Below are positions 19,333 to 28,290 of a stretch of DNA of 64,000 nucleotides, in pieces. The stretch comes from an uncultured bacterium. Lineage in GTDB: Bacteria > Chlamydiota > Chlamydiia > Chlamydiales > SM23-39. Each line of letters begins with the position of its first letter. Position 1 is the first letter of the stretch. The translations under genes and the position numbers were made by a program. The stretch spans positions 512,001-576,000 of the forward strand of contig OY970323.1 of the NCBI GenBank assembly GCA_963716985.1. The letters are read 5' to 3'. The notes under the pieces are model-generated. The model ran no database searches and was not told where the DNA came from. It saw only the letters and a program-made list of their open reading frames with translations.

Positions 19333-20748
19333 ATGAAGATGAAATTTGAAGAGAAGCTCAAAAAAACCTTGTATGATGTTTGTTCTCTTGGTGATTTGAA
19401 AAAAATTTGCAAAGCAAGAAAATTTCCCCCTTTGCCCTCTTCGGTAAAAAAAGAAGAATATGCCCAGTATGTGGAGAGGAAATTTGCAACCGAAGAGGGA
19501 GTTGAGGAAGTTTGTAAAACCCTTTCGGCAGAAGAGCTGAATATTTTGAGAGTTTTGTGTGCATTGGAAAATCCTTTAACCCTTTCCGATGTATATTATT
19601 TTTTCGATGAAGAGGATGATGATTTCTTCGAAAAGAAAAAGCTAGAAGAGATCAAAACCAGGTTATTATGGAAAGGACTGGTTCTCCTTTATCCTTCTCG
19701 GGAATACGAAAGCGGGAGGTGTTTGCATGCGCATTTCTCTTTAATCGAATTTCCAAGACAGTTTGAAAAATTTATCCCCCCACTTTTTATTCCACTTAAG
19801 CCTATAGAAAAAAATCCCCCCATCGAAGATTGGAGAAAGTTGGCCAAAAGCATTTTGCTTACCGATTTTCAAGAAAAAAACAATAAAGAAAATCGGTTTT
19901 TTTCTTTACAAGGAGGAATATTATCCTGTGGTGGAATAAAAAATCCTTCCATAGAGAATCTCTATGAGGTTTTTTCTAAAAGCTGGTTGAAAATTTGTGC
20001 TACGAAGTCATCAAAATTCCCAAATCCCCAACCTTGGACAGAGGAACAGCTTGGTAATATTCGTAGATATCTTCTGGAAAAAATTCCCCAGGATAAAATG
20101 ATTGCAAAAAAGGAACTTTTTATCCTTTTTGCAAATTTTGGATGCGATTTTGACGAAAGTTCGAAAGATCAATTTATTAAATTTGGGATCGAATTTGGGT
20201 TTTTGGGAGTTATTCTTTTGAACGGGGAAGAATATTTTACCATCCACATTCATGAAGAAAAAACGATCTTGCCGGAAACGCCCCTTGTTTTTGAAGAGAA
20301 GGGAGATAGGGTAAGGTTTTCCTTGAAGAGCGAAAAAGATCTTGTTCATTTATTGACACTCGCAAAAATCTCTTCCGTAGATATGGAAAATGATCTTTTT
20401 TTCTTTAAGCCCGATGGAATAAAATTGGGGTCTTTTTACGAGAGCATTCCCGGTTCTTGGATAGAGGAATGTAAAAAAATCTCGACTCTTTATCGTGGTT
20501 TTTTTGAAAGAATCGAGATGTTAAGAAAAAAAATTTTTGTCCATAGCAATCTCATTATTTTCCGTATAAAAAGTTTGGATATTCGAATGGTGTTTATTGA
20601 GAATTTTGGAGAAAAGATGTGGAATTTGGGAAAGGATTACTTTGCAGTTTCTAAGGAGGACTATCCCATTTTTCTTGAATGTGCAAAAAAGAAGGGTTTT
20701 GTTGCTAAGATTCTAAGGAGAAATACATTAAATGGATCAATCGAGTGA
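19333..20748 (+). CDS. Hypothetical XPB partner protein (possible degenerate helicase-associated domain)
   Basis: 471-aa ORF in an operon-like arrangement after XPB; overlaps the next gene. Confidence 0.65.
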   Translation: MKMKFEEKLKKTLYDVCSLGDLKKICKARKFPPLPSSVKKEEYAQYVERKFATEEGVEEVCKTLSAEELNILRVLCALENPLTLSDVYYFFDEEDDDFFEKKKLEEIKTRLLWKGLVLLYPSREYESGRCLHAHFSLIEFPRQFEKFIPPLFIPLKPIEKNPPIEDWRKLAKSILLTDFQEKNNKENRFFSLQGGILSCGGIKNPSIENLYEVFSKSWLKICATKSSKFPNPQPWTEEQLGNIRRYLLEKIPQDKMIAKKELFILFANFGCDFDESSKDQFIKFGIEFGFLGVILLNGEEYFTIHIHEEKTILPETPLVFEEKGDRVRFSLKSEKDLVHLLTLAKISSVDMENDLFFFKPDGIKLGSFYESIPGSWIEECKKISTLYRGFFERIEMLRKKIFVHSNLIIFRIKSLDIRMVFIENFGEKMWNLGKDYFAVSKEDYPIFLECAKKKGFVAKILRRNTLNGSIE

Positions 20749-22372
20749 TGATTTTAACATAAGACAGGATCTGCTTTCTTTTTATTATTATGTCAAAGAT
20801 CGCTATGTCAAACGTTCTTATCGAGAAAATAGGATTCCTCAAGTCGATTTGAAACGACTTTCTACAATTCTGCAGGTTCCTAAAGTATTAAAAAACTTTG
20901 AGGAAGAGACGGGGTGTTGGTCTGAATTCATTTGCGATTTGGCCTACCATTTGAAAATCGTAAGCTATATAAGACATAAAGAGTCTTCTTGGTATGTCGA
21001 CAAAATTACCGATAATTTTATTCGCTTGCAACCTATCGCGTGGAAAAATTATTTACAAAATCTCTCGGGTGACAAGGAAAAGATGATTTTGGATGTGTTG
21101 ATGAAAAGTTCTGTGAATGAATTTTATCACAAATCCTCCCTCGGTATTTCTCCTCGCTTTCCTACAAGAGGCCGCGACTACTGTGGCTCAAATGACATGG
21201 ATCTTTTTTCGATTCGAGTTCAGTTATTAAAACTCCTTTCTTCCTATGAAGAGAACAAAGAAATCCCCTTTTCGGATTTTGTCGAAAGGGTCAAAAGGGA
21301 ATATCCCCACTTGATTTTGAAAAAAGGAAAACACAAACAAAAGTATGAATACTTTTATGAATATGTGACTTCCAAAGATCTCCCCTATCCAAAGGAGAAG
21401 GAGATTCAAGAAACCGACAGCGATGCTTTCGAGCGTGTTGAAGGAAGATATTTGGCATTTTTTCTGGAAGATATTCCCGCCCTCATGCAATTTGTCCGCC
21501 TAAAATATGATCAAAAGGTTGTCGAAGATAGGCTCTCTCCCTCTCCCATTCATTATATCAAGTCATTCACGGTTTTGCCGAAATTGAAAGGGGTTTTAAC
21601 AAATCAATCGGAGTTCCATCGTGTTTCTGTGACGATTACCGCCGATTTTAAAATCTTTCTTGATGCCCCCCTTTTTCCCGATCGAGAGAGAGAATTACTT
21701 GAGCCCTATTGCAAAGTTCATTCCTATGACAAACATGTTTTGACATTAGAGCTGAATCGTAAAAAAAGCGTGGAGAGTTTAGCGCGGGAAACAACGATCG
21801 AAACACCTATTGATGTGATCAAGAAATTGACGAAAAACATTCCACAAAATGTTATGATTGAGATGCAAGAGTGGTGCAATCAAGCAGACCAACTGATTGT
21901 TTATGAAGATTTTGGCCTTTTAGAGCTTCGGGATTTTCCCGAAATTTACAAAGAGAAGCTTTTAGAACAGATGAAGGACAATATTTCTGAGCAAATTGTT
22001 CCCGGTCTTTTTCTTGTTCGTGCTCCAAAGAATTCCTATGAGTACATGAAGTTAAAAGAATGGGCACCTGAAAAAATTGAACATTCGATGAAACGACTTT
22101 TGCTTGAGTGGACTCCCTTTCGATTTATTCGAGAGACAAAGGTTTTAGAAAAAGTGCGTTTAGCAGAAGTTCCTTTTTTTGCCATTCAATCGCCACACGT
22201 AGGTATTTTGAAGAAATTAGACAAGTTTTTGCAAGAAGAGGGAGTGAAGCCCACCTTTTTTTGCAAGGAGACAAACTCCGTTATTTTTCCCGAAACGGGT
22301 CGAGTGAAAATACGCTCTTTTATAAAAAAGATTTCGACCGAATTTGAGTGCGTTGGGGAGCTTTCAACATAG
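20732..22372 (+). CDS. Helicase-associated (Helicase_C_3-like) domain protein
   Basis: VTITADFKIFL..LLEPYC..LELNRKKSVESL..IPQNVMIEMQEW parallels the XPB N-terminal domain. Confidence 0.7.
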   Translation: MDQSSDDFNIRQDLLSFYYYVKDRYVKRSYRENRIPQVDLKRLSTILQVPKVLKNFEEETGCWSEFICDLAYHLKIVSYIRHKESSWYVDKITDNFIRLQPIAWKNYLQNLSGDKEKMILDVLMKSSVNEFYHKSSLGISPRFPTRGRDYCGSNDMDLFSIRVQLLKLLSSYEENKEIPFSDFVERVKREYPHLILKKGKHKQKYEYFYEYVTSKDLPYPKEKEIQETDSDAFERVEGRYLAFFLEDIPALMQFVRLKYDQKVVEDRLSPSPIHYIKSFTVLPKLKGVLTNQSEFHRVSVTITADFKIFLDAPLFPDRERELLEPYCKVHSYDKHVLTLELNRKKSVESLARETTIETPIDVIKKLTKNIPQNVMIEMQEWCNQADQLIVYEDFGLLELRDFPEIYKEKLLEQMKDNISEQIVPGLFLVRAPKNSYEYMKLKEWAPEKIEHSMKRLLLEWTPFRFIRETKVLEKVRLAEVPFFAIQSPHVGILKKLDKFLQEEGVKPTFFCKETNSVIFPETGRVKIRSFIKKISTEFECVGELST

Positions 22373-22579
22373 GCTTCTTTTTTTAAAAAATTGTCTGAAA
22401 ACTTTCCCCCATGCCAAGGAAAACGCTCGTTTTGAAAGAGTCTTTTACCTGCCGAAACTTAGGAAGGTTTTTCCCTCGTTTCGATCGGTTTTTTTCATCT
22501 GAAAGCGAAAAAATTTTTCGGACCATCTTTTCTCAAATCCTTTTTTTTGTGTAAGATTTCGACTTAAATGAGGGGTGTT

Positions 22580-23359
22580 ATGAAAAAAGTGGTTTTTTTG
22601 ATCGGAATCTTTTTTTGTTTTTGTTCCGGACTTTCTGCAAAGATCGTCGAGGTTTCTTCCGTCAAAGAGCTCCCGAGTTTTTTGGAAAAAGAGATGCTTG
22701 TGATTTTGGACATCGATAATACAATACTGCAGACCGCACAGCTGCTCGGATCGGATCAATGGTTTGACCATCGCATAAATGAATATCAAGCCTCGATGAG
22801 CCGTGAGGAGGCCTTTGAAAAAACCTATGGAGAGTGGCTTGCGATCGAATGTTTGACAAAGGTCAAACTTGTGGAAGAGCAAACGGCTGCGCTCATCAGC
22901 AAGCTGCAGCAAGAGGGATATACGATCATGGCGCTTACGACGAGAAGCGTCGATTTGTGCTTTTGCACGTTGCGGCAATTTAAGTCCTTAGGGATCGATC
23001 TTTCCATCACGCCGCCCTCGCATGGAGATTTTTTCTTTTTGAACCAGCGGCCTCTTCTTTATCGAAGAGGCATTCTTTTTACCGATGGAACCAATCGGGG
23101 CGCGGCACTTTTGAAGTTTTTGCAAAAGATTCACTATTCTCCAAAGTCGATTTTGTTTATCAATGATAAGGAAGTCCAATTAAAAGAAGTGGAATCCATC
23201 TGCAAGAAAACTGCGACGCCCTTTGTCGGACTTAGATACGGATATCTCGACCAAAAGGTGAAGGAGTTTGATGGAAAGCTCGCGCAGATGCAATTCGAGC
23301 AGCTCGGATCGATTCTTTCCGATGATGAGGCAAAGAAAAAGATATCCCCAATGAGGTAA
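22580..23359 (+). CDS. DUF2608-like secreted HAD-fold protein
   Basis: Signal peptide; ILDIDNT, LGSDQWF, ALTTR, GILFT and ILFINDK motifs. Confidence 0.75.
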   Translation: MKKVVFLIGIFFCFCSGLSAKIVEVSSVKELPSFLEKEMLVILDIDNTILQTAQLLGSDQWFDHRINEYQASMSREEAFEKTYGEWLAIECLTKVKLVEEQTAALISKLQQEGYTIMALTTRSVDLCFCTLRQFKSLGIDLSITPPSHGDFFFLNQRPLLYRRGILFTDGTNRGAALLKFLQKIHYSPKSILFINDKEVQLKEVESICKKTATPFVGLRYGYLDQKVKEFDGKLAQMQFEQLGSILSDDEAKKKISPMR

Positions 23360-23363
23360 ATCG

Positions 23364-24722
23364 ATGGGAAAAGAAAAGGTGGTTTGGGAGTGTGTGCATT
23401 GCGGACATACCCAACCCAAATGGACGGGCAGCTGCAATCAATGCAATCAGTGGAACTCTTTTATCGAACAGCTGGTGGTCGCATCCAAAAGACACCCCAG
23501 TGAAAAAAATGGAGCCAAGGCGGTGCGCCTTCAGGATCTGGCAGAAAGACAAACGCCGCGCATCAAAACGGAAATGAAAGAGTTCGATCGTCTGATGGGG
23601 GGAGGTATCGTCCAGGGGTCTTTGATTCTCGTCGGGGGGGCTCCAGGCATTGGAAAATCCACGCTTCTTTTACAGGTAGCGCAAGCATTTGCCATGCAGG
23701 GAAAAAAAGTGCTCTATATTTGCGGAGAGGAGTCCGAGGAGCAAACATCGATTCGTGCACGGAGAATTGGAATCGAAAGCGAGCGCCTTTTTTTGCTCAG
23801 CGAAACGGCGATGGATGCGATCAAAAATCAGATCGAAGAGGTCAAGCCGGAAGTGATCATTGTCGATTCGGTGCAGATTCTCTATAAATCGGAGATCCCC
23901 TCATCAGCGGGCTCGGTCGTGCAGGTTCGTGAAGTTGCCATGGAGTTCATGCATCTGGCCAAGGGATGCGGCATCACCACTTTTTTAATTGGGCATGTGA
24001 CAAAAACGGGAGACATTGCAGGGCCGAGGATTTTGGAGCATATCGTAGATGTTGTCTTAGAGCTCGAGGGGGATCGGCAGTATGGGTTTCGCTTGCTTCG
24101 CTCGATGAAAAATCGATTTGGCCCTACCGACGACATCACGCTTTTTCAAATGAAGGAGAAGGGAATGGAAGAAATTCCCAATCCTTCCCTTCTGTTTTTG
24201 GAAGAGAGAAAAAAGGAGCTCGCCGGCTCGGTCATTGTGCCGACAATGGAAGGAACGCGTTCTTTGCTGATCGAAATCCAAGCTCTTGTGACCCCTTCCG
24301 TCTTCGCCAACCCCTCCAGACGCTCTATTGGACTCGACCCCAATCGCCTAGCGCTTCTGCTCGCAGTATTGCAAAAAAGGATGGGATTTCATCTGCACAC
24401 GTCCGATGTCTTTGTTTCGATTGCCGGAGGGATGAAAATCTCAGAGCCCGCGATCGACCTTGGAGTATTGGTGGCCATTGCTTCTTCTTTTTCCAATCGG
24501 TCCACCGACGGGGATCTCATCGTTTTTGGCGAGGTGGGGCTCGGCGGGGAGGTGAGGGGAGTGCCCCATGTGGAGAATCGTTTGAAAGAGGCCATTCACA
24601 TGGGATTTAAACGCTGCCTTCTTCCCCATTTAAGTTTGCGAGCAATTGGAAAATCTTTTGCAGGAAAAATTGAGCTCAAGGGCGTCGATCTTGTCGATGA
24701 TGCGATCCATGCTCTTTTTTAA
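23364..24722 (+). CDS. radA: DNA repair protein RadA/Sms
   Basis: C4 zinc finger, GAPGIGKST, KNRFG and Lon-like C-terminal domain. Confidence 0.97.
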   Translation: MGKEKVVWECVHCGHTQPKWTGSCNQCNQWNSFIEQLVVASKRHPSEKNGAKAVRLQDLAERQTPRIKTEMKEFDRLMGGGIVQGSLILVGGAPGIGKSTLLLQVAQAFAMQGKKVLYICGEESEEQTSIRARRIGIESERLFLLSETAMDAIKNQIEEVKPEVIIVDSVQILYKSEIPSSAGSVVQVREVAMEFMHLAKGCGITTFLIGHVTKTGDIAGPRILEHIVDVVLELEGDRQYGFRLLRSMKNRFGPTDDITLFQMKEKGMEEIPNPSLLFLEERKKELAGSVIVPTMEGTRSLLIEIQALVTPSVFANPSRRSIGLDPNRLALLLAVLQKRMGFHLHTSDVFVSIAGGMKISEPAIDLGVLVAIASSFSNRSTDGDLIVFGEVGLGGEVRGVPHVENRLKEAIHMGFKRCLLPHLSLRAIGKSFAGKIELKGVDLVDDAIHALF

Positions 24723-24781
24723 TCTGGTGGAAAAATTTTTCTTTGCGGTATCGTAAAAAAAAGTTTTTACAGGGGATTTTT

Positions 24782-25399
24782 GTGGAAAAACAAATAGCAA
24801 CTCTTCCTCAGCTGCCCTATGGCTTGAAAGATTTAGAGCCGGTCATTTCTAAGGAGATATTAGAACTTCATTATGCGAAGCATCATGCCGGATATGTTAA
24901 AAAATTCAATGAGGCCGTTGTCCTTTGGAACGAATCAAAGGAAAAAGGAGATCTGGAAAAACTCGTCGATCTGCAATCGATCCTCCAATTCAACGGAGGG
25001 GGGCATCTGAACCATAGCTTCTTTTGGGAGTCTCTCTCTCCCAAGAATAAGGGCGGGGGCGTCCCACCTAAGGGAAAGCTGAAGAGTGCGATCGAGCGGG
25101 ATTATGGGTCTTTGGAAAAGATGATGCATTTTTTTCATGATATGGCCAACGGCATTCAAGGATCCGGATGGTGCTGGTTGGTCTATAATCAACATTCCCA
25201 TCATCTGGGGATGACGACCACTCAGAACCACGGGACGGTGACTGCCATCGGGCTCACTCCTCTAATGGTCCTCGATGTCTGGGAGCATGCCTATTATTTG
25301 CAGTATCACAATGTCCGCAGCGATTTTGTGAAGGCCGTCGATGAAATTCTCCATTGGAGCGCCATTGAAAAAAGATATGAAACGGCTGCTGCATACTAA
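24782..25399 (+). CDS. sodA: Fe/Mn superoxide dismutase (Mn-type signature); start probably GTG 24782
   Basis: HYAKHH, FNGGGHLNH, QGSGW and DVWEHAYY motifs. Confidence 0.93.
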   Translation: MEKQIATLPQLPYGLKDLEPVISKEILELHYAKHHAGYVKKFNEAVVLWNESKEKGDLEKLVDLQSILQFNGGGHLNHSFFWESLSPKNKGGGVPPKGKLKSAIERDYGSLEKMMHFFHDMANGIQGSGWCWLVYNQHSHHLGMTTTQNHGTVTAIGLTPLMVLDVWEHAYYLQYHNVRSDFVKAVDEILHWSAIEKRYETAAAY

Positions 25400-25495
25400 A
25401 ATTTTAATTATGAAGTTTTAGACTTTTCTTCATGTTGTAAAAATAAAGTCTCTTGTTTTATAACTGTTGTTTGTTCTATCGAAATTTGGGGAAAC

Positions 25496-26452
25496 ATGGG
25501 TCTCTTTTCTAGAAGTAAGCTAAAAATCAAAGTTGAAACGAGCAAAAAAGATAATTTTAGCGGATGGATTCAATGTTCCGGCTGCTCAGAAATGGTGCAT
25601 GCGAATGAGCTTTTGCAAAATTTGAATTGCTGTCCCAAATGCGGCTATCACTACCGGCTCTCCGTTAAACAGAGAATCGAGCTTTTGGCAGACGAAGGAA
25701 GCTTTGTAGAAAAGTTCCAGGAGATCCAGTCCACAGATCCGCTGGGTTTTGTAGATTCGCAAAGCTATCCGGATCGTTTGGAAGAAGCGAGGAACAAATC
25801 GGGCCGCGATGAAGCCGTCATGGTGGGCAGCTGTCTGTTGGAGAATCAACCGGTCGCTCTCGGAGTGCTCGATTTTAGTTTTATGGGCGGGTCCATGGGC
25901 TCTGTCGTGGGAGAGAGGATCGCCCTTTTGATCGAATATGCCGCGGAAAAAAAATGTCCTTTAATCATTGTCTCCTCTTCCGGAGGCGCCCGGATGCAGG
26001 AGTCGATCTTTTCCCTGATGCAAATGGCCAAAACATCGGCGGCGCTCACGAAGCTTCATGAGGCAAGGGTGCCCTTTATCTCCATCTTTGCAAATCCTAC
26101 AACGGGCGGAGTGACCGCTTCCTTTGCGTCTTTAGGAGACATCTTGATTGCCGAGCCAGAAGCTCTGATTGCATTTGCAGGTCCCAGGGTGGTGGAGCAG
26201 ACCATTGGGCAGAAATTGCCGGAGGGCGCGCAGAGATCAGAGTTTCTTCTCGAGAAAGGAATGATCGATTGCATTGTGCGCAGAGCTGATCTTAAAAAGA
26301 AGGTGGCCTTTTTTCTTTTTTTTCTCTCCAACAATGAGAGATCATTTTCTTCCGATTGGAAGAAAGAAGATTCCCTTGATGAAAAAATGGCCGAACGATT
26401 AAAAGAGCTTTTGAAAGTTGCCGAGGGTGACGCTCTTGCGAAAAGAAGTTAA
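25496..26452 (+). CDS. accD: Acetyl-CoA carboxylase carboxyltransferase beta subunit
   Basis: Zinc finger; FMGGSMGSVVGE, GGARMQE and PTTGGVTASFA motifs. Confidence 0.97.
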   Translation: MGLFSRSKLKIKVETSKKDNFSGWIQCSGCSEMVHANELLQNLNCCPKCGYHYRLSVKQRIELLADEGSFVEKFQEIQSTDPLGFVDSQSYPDRLEEARNKSGRDEAVMVGSCLLENQPVALGVLDFSFMGGSMGSVVGERIALLIEYAAEKKCPLIIVSSSGGARMQESIFSLMQMAKTSAALTKLHEARVPFISIFANPTTGGVTASFASLGDILIAEPEALIAFAGPRVVEQTIGQKLPEGAQRSEFLLEKGMIDCIVRRADLKKKVAFFLFFLSNNERSFSSDWKKEDSLDEKMAERLKELLKVAEGDALAKRS

Positions 26453-26885
26453 CATTCCCATTACCGTAGCAGAGGGTGGATTGATTCCCCAATATGGCTC
26501 GCTTGATGCTTCCGGAGCCGATTTGTATGCTGCGATTGAAGAAAGCATTCTGTTAATGCCTGGGGAGCATAAGCTGATACCAACAAAGATCCGTGTAGAA
26601 ATTCCCGAGGGGTATGAGATGCAGATTCGGCCGCGGAGCGGACTTGCCCTTCATCATGGCATTAGCGTTCTCAACACTCCCGGAACGATCGACGCGGATT
26701 TTCGCGGAGAGATTGGAGTGATTCTTGTGAATCTGGGAAATAAACCTTTTGAAATCGTGCCGAAGATGCGCATTGCGCAGCTGGTTTTATCTCCTATCTA
26801 TCATGCAATTTTTGTGGAAAAAGAGACGCTTGCAGAGAGCAAGCGAGGAGAGGGTGGCTTTGGTCACAGCGGAATGTTCGGATGA
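26418..26885 (+). CDS. dut: dUTPase (start uncertain)
   Basis: GADL, RPRSGLA, GTIDADFRGE and RGEGGFGHSG motifs. Confidence 0.96.
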   Translation: MPRVTLLRKEVNIPITVAEGGLIPQYGSLDASGADLYAAIEESILLMPGEHKLIPTKIRVEIPEGYEMQIRPRSGLALHHGISVLNTPGTIDADFRGEIGVILVNLGNKPFEIVPKMRIAQLVLSPIYHAIFVEKETLAESKRGEGGFGHSGMFG

Positions 26886-27378
26886 AAAGAAGATCTCTCA
26901 AGAGGATGACGAGAAGAAGCATAAAAACATCTCTGTTTTCCCTTATCTGAGAAGTTCTCGGATTCTTTTCTTACAGGAAACGTCGCGAGAGGGCGCTTTG
27001 CAAACTCTTGTGGAAAAAATGGCCCTGGAAGGAGTTGTCCCCTGCAAGGAAAAGTTTTTGCGGGCCTTGATTGAACGAGAGCGCTTAGTTTCCACAGGCA
27101 TTGGAATGGGAGTGGCGATTCCCCATGCGAAGATGGGTGATTTTTCCGACTTTTTCATTGCGATCGGCATTCAGAAAAAAAGAGGGATTGGATGGAAATC
27201 GTTGGATCGCGCTCCCGTGCGTCTTATTTTCATGATCGGCGGGCCCGATCGAAAACAGTCGGAGTATCTGCATATTCTTTCGGGGCTTACCTCTGCGATC
27301 AAGCAGGAATCCATTCGAAAAAAGATGCTGCAGAGCTCGTCTTCGGAAGAGATCTTGAATCTTTTTCAAAAATTTTAA
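26860..27378 (+). CDS. ptsN: PTS IIA (Ntr-like) protein; start probably TTG 26860
   Basis: RERLVSTGIGMGVAIPH motif. Confidence 0.88.
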   Translation: MVTAECSDEKKISQEDDEKKHKNISVFPYLRSSRILFLQETSREGALQTLVEKMALEGVVPCKEKFLRALIERERLVSTGIGMGVAIPHAKMGDFSDFFIAIGIQKKRGIGWKSLDRAPVRLIFMIGGPDRKQSEYLHILSGLTSAIKQESIRKKMLQSSSSEEILNLFQKF

Positions 27379-27468
27379 ATATTTTTTAATATTTCTTCTG
27401 TGTTCTTTTTTTTTCTTTGTGATATTTTTAAATTTCTATTCAAATGAGAGTCGTTGGAGGTTAAGCAA

Positions 27469-28218
27469 ATGGATTTGAAAATCAAAGATGTCGCAGAATT
27501 ATTGGGCGTTTCAGAAACTACGATCCGGCGCTGGCTTGCAGACGGGATCATTCCTGCCTATCGTTTGAACCATCAATTTCGTTTCAGCCGCGAAGAGATT
27601 CAAAATTGGGTGATGAGCTGCCGCATGAATCGCCCCGCTGAAGAAGCGCCTCCGCAAAAGATTTCGCTGAACGATGAAAAAACAGAATCGATCATCGGCC
27701 ATCGCATGGGCACGCAAGCATACAGTCTTTTTCGTGCGCTCTACAAGGGAAGCGTTTTGGATGAGATCTCTTCCCATACCAAGGAAGAGGTGATCGAAGA
27801 GTCCGTGCAAATCATTGCGAAAAATCTCTCTTTGGATGCGGAAGTGCTCACGGAACTTCTTCTGGATCGGGAGCGTCTGATGCCCACCGGACTCAATCAT
27901 GGAGTGGCAGTTCCCCATACGAGAGATTTTCTTCTCCAAAAACCCTATGACGTAGTGACCGTTGTGTATCCTCAAGAGCCCATTGAGTATGGTTCGTTAG
28001 ACGGACAAAAAGTCCATACGCTCTTTTTCCTCTTCGCCTCTTCGGACAAGAGCCATTTGCATCTATTGGCAAAGCTGGCCCATTTTACCCGCCAAGAGCA
28101 GACGCTTGCATTCCTGAAACAAAAGCCGGGAAAAAATGCCCTGCTCGAGTATGCCAAAACATGGGAAGCGACTCTGCGCCCTTCAGAAGAGAGCGCTTCC
28201 GCAGAGGTTCTCTCTTAG
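27469..28218 (+). CDS. ptsN: HTH (excisionase-like) plus PTS IIA fusion protein
   Basis: KDVAELLGVSETTIRRW HTH; RERLMPTGLNHGVAVPH. Confidence 0.88.
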   Translation: MDLKIKDVAELLGVSETTIRRWLADGIIPAYRLNHQFRFSREEIQNWVMSCRMNRPAEEAPPQKISLNDEKTESIIGHRMGTQAYSLFRALYKGSVLDEISSHTKEEVIEESVQIIAKNLSLDAEVLTELLLDRERLMPTGLNHGVAVPHTRDFLLQKPYDVVTVVYPQEPIEYGSLDGQKVHTLFFLFASSDKSHLHLLAKLAHFTRQEQTLAFLKQKPGKNALLEYAKTWEATLRPSEESASAEVLS

Positions 28219-28290
28219 CCTCACAGGCTTTGTGGGAAGCAAAAGCAACTGTCTGCATGGCTTGCAGTTCTAAGATTTGCTTTTGCTCTA

